A DNA stretch of 64,000 nt, from the NCBI GenBank assembly GCA_002269645.1, contig NIVC01000749.1, positions 124,001 to 188,000 on the forward strand, in the 5' to 3' direction. Positions 61,001 to 64,000 of the stretch are shown piece by piece; within the stretch, counting starts at the first letter, position 1, and each line of letters starts with the position of its first letter. The position numbers and the translations under genes are program-made. Source of the stretch: Macrostomum lignano (lineage: Eukaryota). The notes beneath the pieces are model-generated. The model searched no databases, was not told the DNA's origin, and saw only the letters and a program-made list of their open reading frames with translations.

Positions 61001-63871
61001 TCAACGCTCTCGTTTCCAACGCTGAGAAGTTTCTATCGCTGCTCCCGTGGCCAGCTGCTTATGAGAAGGACAAATTTCTGCAGCCTGACTTCACTGCGCT
61101 GGAGATTGTGACTTTTGCTAATAGCGGAGTACCGCTGGGCATCAACATTCCCAACTACGATGACATCAGACAGTCTGAAGGATTCAAGAACGTTTCGCTT
61201 GCCAACGTGTTGTCTAGCAGTTTCTCGGATCCAAAGACTACGTTTCTCGTTGCTGAGGATAAAGATATCTGGATTCGACGTATTGCACAGTCGTTTGAAG
61301 TCCAGGTTGGTCACGTTGCATCTGCTATAAATTTGTATAAATTTATAGCCTTTTACCAGAGGCAGAGGTTGTGTGCAACCTGATTACCTGATGCACTTTA
61401 AGCGAAATTATCCTGCAACCCGTGAGAGGCATTACTGCCCATTCCGCCAACTCCCCTGATCAGCGGCCCTGACTTTATTTATCGTTAGGCATGTACACTT
61501 CACGGTGGCTTGGGGGGGGGTGGCACTTAAGGGCGCTAACTGCACGAGCAGACCCAAGTCGATGTGACTGAACTTGGAATCGAGCCTGGGCCGCTGGCAC
61601 ATCAGAGCGCCTCACCAGAGCACTGAGACAATTTATATTTGTATTTGCTCGTTTAGTTTGTCTAGTTCGGTCTATTTTACTCGTATTATTAAGTACTGCG
61701 AACTTGCTTCAACAATTTCTCTTATCTGCGGCCTATTTGAACAGGTAGGCCTGCACGAACTCCTTGGCCACGGCAGCGGCAAGCTGTTCAAGCAGGACTC
61801 TGACGGCAAGTTCAACTTCGACCCGAGCTCGGTGGTAGATCTGGTCACTGGCAAGCCGGTTGCCAGCTGGTACAAAGTCGGCGAAACCTGGGATGGCAAA
61901 TTTAGCAATCTGGCGTCGGCTTTTGAAGAGTGCCGTGCCGAGTGCGTTGGCGTTTACTTGTGCGACGTGCCCGAAGTGCTGGCCGTGTTCGGCCATCCGG
62001 ACAAAGCAGAGGCCGACGAGGTGATCTACGTGAACTGGCTGTGCATGGCCAGGGCCGGGGTGGCCTCGTTAGAGATGTACTCACCTGAGAATGGCGGCAC
62101 CTGGCGTCAGGCGCACAGTCGGGCTCGATTCGCTATTTTGCGCGCTCTGCTGGAAGCCGGACAGGTGAGTTTTGTTTTACTGTTCAGTGCCTGTCGTAAT
62201 CTCTACTGTCACCTTTATATTGTTGCAGTAGTGTCGAGGCCAATGTGGTTTAGCTTGTTTTTACTAGCTGTGTAGACATTTGTCTGAAAAAAAGTTGATG
62301 TCATTTTGGCATGGCAAATGCAATGTTAAAATTCCAACTAGCAATCTGCACCTGCCACATTTTTTTGTATAAACTTCGAGCTTATATAGATGTAGGTTTT
62401 GACCTTGAAGAGTCACTACTAATTTCTTAAGGACAATGGTTTAAAGCAAAAAAGCATCCATGCTCTGAAAGCCAGCTATCTAGCCTGAGATATCAGATCC
62501 TCTACGAGCGCATGAGTTTTGACTCAAAGCATCTGAGCCACAGTATTTCTGCAATTCCCACAATGAGCCTTTGACATCTGGGCTAAGTTTCTAGGTAGCA
62601 CTTATCCCAATCGAATTCATCGTTTAAACGACTCAAACGACTGTATGGCGACAGACAGACAACTGTCGAGTCACATAAATGAGTCAATTAGACAAATTTA
62701 GACGCAACCACAAATTCTAAAATGACTAGATGGGCCACTCAGCACATTTGCGCGTAAGCTACTTTCAGTTCAGTAGTAAGTTAAACAGAAGCATCTTGAT
62801 GTATTTTATAGCCAAGGCTCATTTATTGGCTTTTAACCAACAGCCTCAACCCTCCAACCGCGCCTACCACACTACCCCCGCGCACCGCCCCGCCCCAATT
62901 TTTATTGCCTTTCTCAGAATTCCATGTACATTTCTGCCCTGTACATTTCAGTGGACTGGCCAGTGTACATTATTGCTGAACCAATTAGCAAGTTGTTTAC
63001 ACCTAAAAGCTTGGGCTTCTTAACTTATCAAAGTCATTTCAGCTGCCTTATTTTTTTATAAAATAGCTTATGTATTCTTCTTTGCTACTGAACTGAAAGT
63101 AGAAAGCTGTTTTAATAAGCATGTATGCCTGAGTGGCCCATCTACTTTAGTAGTTATTTTAGTATCTGTGGACGCAAATCAGTGATTATCCAGCGACTCC
63201 AGCCCGCTTCAGATTCAACAACGGCCCCGAAATCATTTTACTGTGATATCTCATCGTTTTAGGGTCGTCTAGCTAGAGTCACTTCTTTCCTATTTAGCTT
63301 TCCTATTTCCTGTGTTACCTGCAACCACTCTGAAACCACTCTATGGCGAATTTGTCTCAATATTCTCAACTAGGAGCAGATGTAAAATTTAAGATATTTT
63401 CTACCATAACTATAAATATTCGAAACGAACAATCACCAGGGCCTGGTCACCATTGACGAAATCACGGGCGAGGACGGCAAGCCAGACCTGACTGTCCGCC
63501 TGGACCGCTCCAAGATCTCCAGCGTGGCCAAGCCGGCCATTGGCGAGTTCCTGAAGCGCCTGCAGAGCTTCAAGTCCACCTGCAGTGTGGAGGCCGGCCG
63601 GGCATTCTTTGAGTCCTACTCAACCGTTGACGCCTACTTCCAGCGTCTGCGCGACATCGTGATTGCTCGTCGCAAACCGAGGCGCGTGTTCATCCAGGCC
63701 AACTTGAGCATGGACTCAGCCGGCAGTGTGAGCATTGTTGAGTACTCGGACGGACCAGCCGAGATGATTCGGTCATTCCGCGACCGGTTCAGCGACGAAG
63801 ACTGGGGGAGGATCGAGGAGGCTCTGTGGCAGCAGTGGGAGCGGGACCTGCCTCTCATGAAGCTGGCCTGA
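36269..63871 (+). CDS. DPP3: Dipeptidyl peptidase III (M49), 6 exons: join(36269..36792,37290..37551,51294..51592,60930..61305,61745..62164,63440..63871) = 2313 nt, 770 aa
   Basis: All introns GT-AG with consistent phases (2,0,2,0,0); [56 protein letters not shown] and EECRAE motifs. Confidence 0.96.
36975..37232. repeat. Imperfect (CT)n microsatellite in DPP3 intron 1
   Basis: Pyrimidine-only CT/CCT/CTT tract. Confidence 0.97.
37290..37551 (+). CDS. DPP3: DPP3 exon 2
   Basis: ATCCAG acceptor; [36 protein letters not shown]; CAG|GTGCGA donor. Confidence 0.92.
37510..38032 (+). repeat. 67-bp minisatellite (~8 copies) spanning the exon 2/intron 2 boundary; further copy at ~47692-47780
   Basis: CTGTTCAAGT recurs at 37510, 37577, 37644, 37711, 37778, 37845, 37912 and 37979. 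Confidence 0.97.
38165..42632 (+). repeat. 58-bp satellite, ~70 copies (38165-42230) plus a terminal partial copy
   Basis: Unit ATGACACGAACTGG(G/A)CAGATGACCTT(G/T)GTCGGACAAATGA(C/T)ACTATGCAGATAAAGGA; period 58. Confidence 0.99.
42231..42585. mobile_element. MITE with GG...CC ends and 8-bp TSD (Merlin-like), built of TTGTGAAATTTCGAC subrepeats
   Basis: GGGGTGCTTTCACAAGGTCGAAATTTCACAAC / GTTGTGAAATTTCGAGTTTGTGAAACCCC; AAAGGAAT duplicated at 42223-30 and 42586-93. Confidence 0.82.
43563..43971. repeat. 60-bp coding tandem repeat (~7 copies) encoding [20 protein letters not shown]
   Basis: Exact 60-nt period visible line by line. Confidence 0.97.
46110..46880 (+). mobile_element. Internally deleted Gypsy remnant: gag fragment, PPT and short 3' LTR
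   Basis: [33 protein letters not shown] (gag); GAAGGGGAC then TGTTGTGC at 46696. Confidence 0.7.
48380..49620 (-). pseudogene. Decayed coiled-coil plus BEN-like domain ORF
   Basis: [16 protein letters not shown]; [58 protein letters not shown] resembles the BEN pattern LF..eeL..S.tG...D...l..I; in-frame stop. Confidence 0.45.
49760..50496 (-). mobile_element. Solo LTR related to the LTRs of Gypsy element 3
   Basis: Shares GTGCAGATTTGCAGCTCAACG, GGCGTCTCGTCAGCAGATCCT, TGTCATGTGACTTGC and CACTAAACTAGCGGCTC with 59017-59881; left boundary uncertain. Confidence 0.8.
51294..51592 (+). CDS. DPP3: DPP3 exon 3
   Basis: CCGTCAG acceptor; [31 protein letters not shown]; AG|GTTTGG donor. Confidence 0.94.
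52349..53520 (-). mobile_element. 3'-truncated Gypsy element: 5' LTR (~53275-53520), PBS and intact gag ORF (52349..53248)
   Basis: [65 protein letters not shown]; CTACA-ATTGGTCC junction; no protease or pol follows. Confidence 0.88.
55242..59881 (-). mobile_element. Gypsy element 3, non-autonomous deletion derivative (gag, protease, C-terminal tail; no RT/RH/IN core)
   Basis: LTRs 59017-59881 and 55242-55679 (the latter internally deleted); TSD ATAT; PBS ATGGTGAAGCAGCG; PPT GAACGGGGAGAG; gag [27 protein letters not shown]; protease [12 protein letters not shown]. Confidence 0.92.
60930..61305 (+). CDS. DPP3: DPP3 exon 4
   Basis: TATACAG acceptor; [44 protein letters not shown]; CAG|GTTGGT donor. 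Confidence 0.96.
61421..61630 (-). mobile_element. tRNA-derived SINE, family B copy 2 (DPP3 intron 4)
   Basis: Reverse complement matches 5410-5680. Confidence 0.75.
61745..62164 (+). CDS. DPP3: DPP3 exon 5 (catalytic zinc motifs)
   Basis: [35 protein letters not shown]; CAG|GTGAGT donor. Confidence 0.98.
63440..63871 (+). CDS. DPP3: DPP3 exon 6 (terminal)
   Basis: CACCAG acceptor; [35 protein letters not shown]; TGA stop. Confidence 0.96.
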   Translation, partial: GLVTIDEITGEDGKPDLTVRLDRSKISSVAKPAIGEFLKRLQSFKSTCSVEAGRAFFESYSTVDAYFQRLRDIVIARRKPRRVFIQANLSMDSAGSVSIVEYSDGPAEMIRSFRDRFSDEDWGRIEEALWQQWERDLPLMKLA

Positions 63872-64000
63872 GCACGCGGATTCGGTTGTCTGGCTGATTT
63901 ATTCCATGTTGATGGATCGAACTCAAAATAGTTATCATAATTTTAAAATTGACTGTTGATTTAGTCTTATAATTCAAAATTGATAGTCCTGAGTGACACT

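Overview
Repeat-rich animal genomic DNA, not prokaryotic: spliceosomal GT-AG introns, Ty3/Gypsy LTR elements, a LINE remnant, tRNA-derived SINEs, and Tc1, Harbinger, P-like, CACTA-like and MULE-like DNA elements. The style suggests an invertebrate such as the flatworm Macrostomum; this is inference only. The one complete host gene is dipeptidyl peptidase III (DPP3, + strand). It has 6 exons over 36269-63871, all splice phases are consistent, and it encodes 770 aa with HELLGH and EECRAE motifs and a 51-aa presequence-like N-terminal extension. Its introns 2 (13.7 kb) and 3 (9.3 kb) are filled with repeats and transposons. Other probable host exons are a 255-codon ORF at 4550-5317 and a kinesin-3/PHLDB-type FHA domain plus coiled-coil at 27056-28079. 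The most unusual observations are: (1) a 67-bp minisatellite that amplifies the DPP3 exon-2 splice donor and is split by a 9.7-kb insertion; (2) that insertion, which carries a 70-copy 58-bp satellite and a decayed spliced zinc-finger/PWWP gene; (3) a Gypsy element with an extra post-integrase ORF behind its own CCAAT/TATA promoter; (4) a three-level Harbinger>Tc1>P-MITE nest abutting the DPP3 start; (5) an unexplained 2.5-kb diverged foldback around an (AGT)n core. Most ORFs in the supplied track are antisense or repeat artefacts. All family assignments come from motif recognition by eye; no searches were run.
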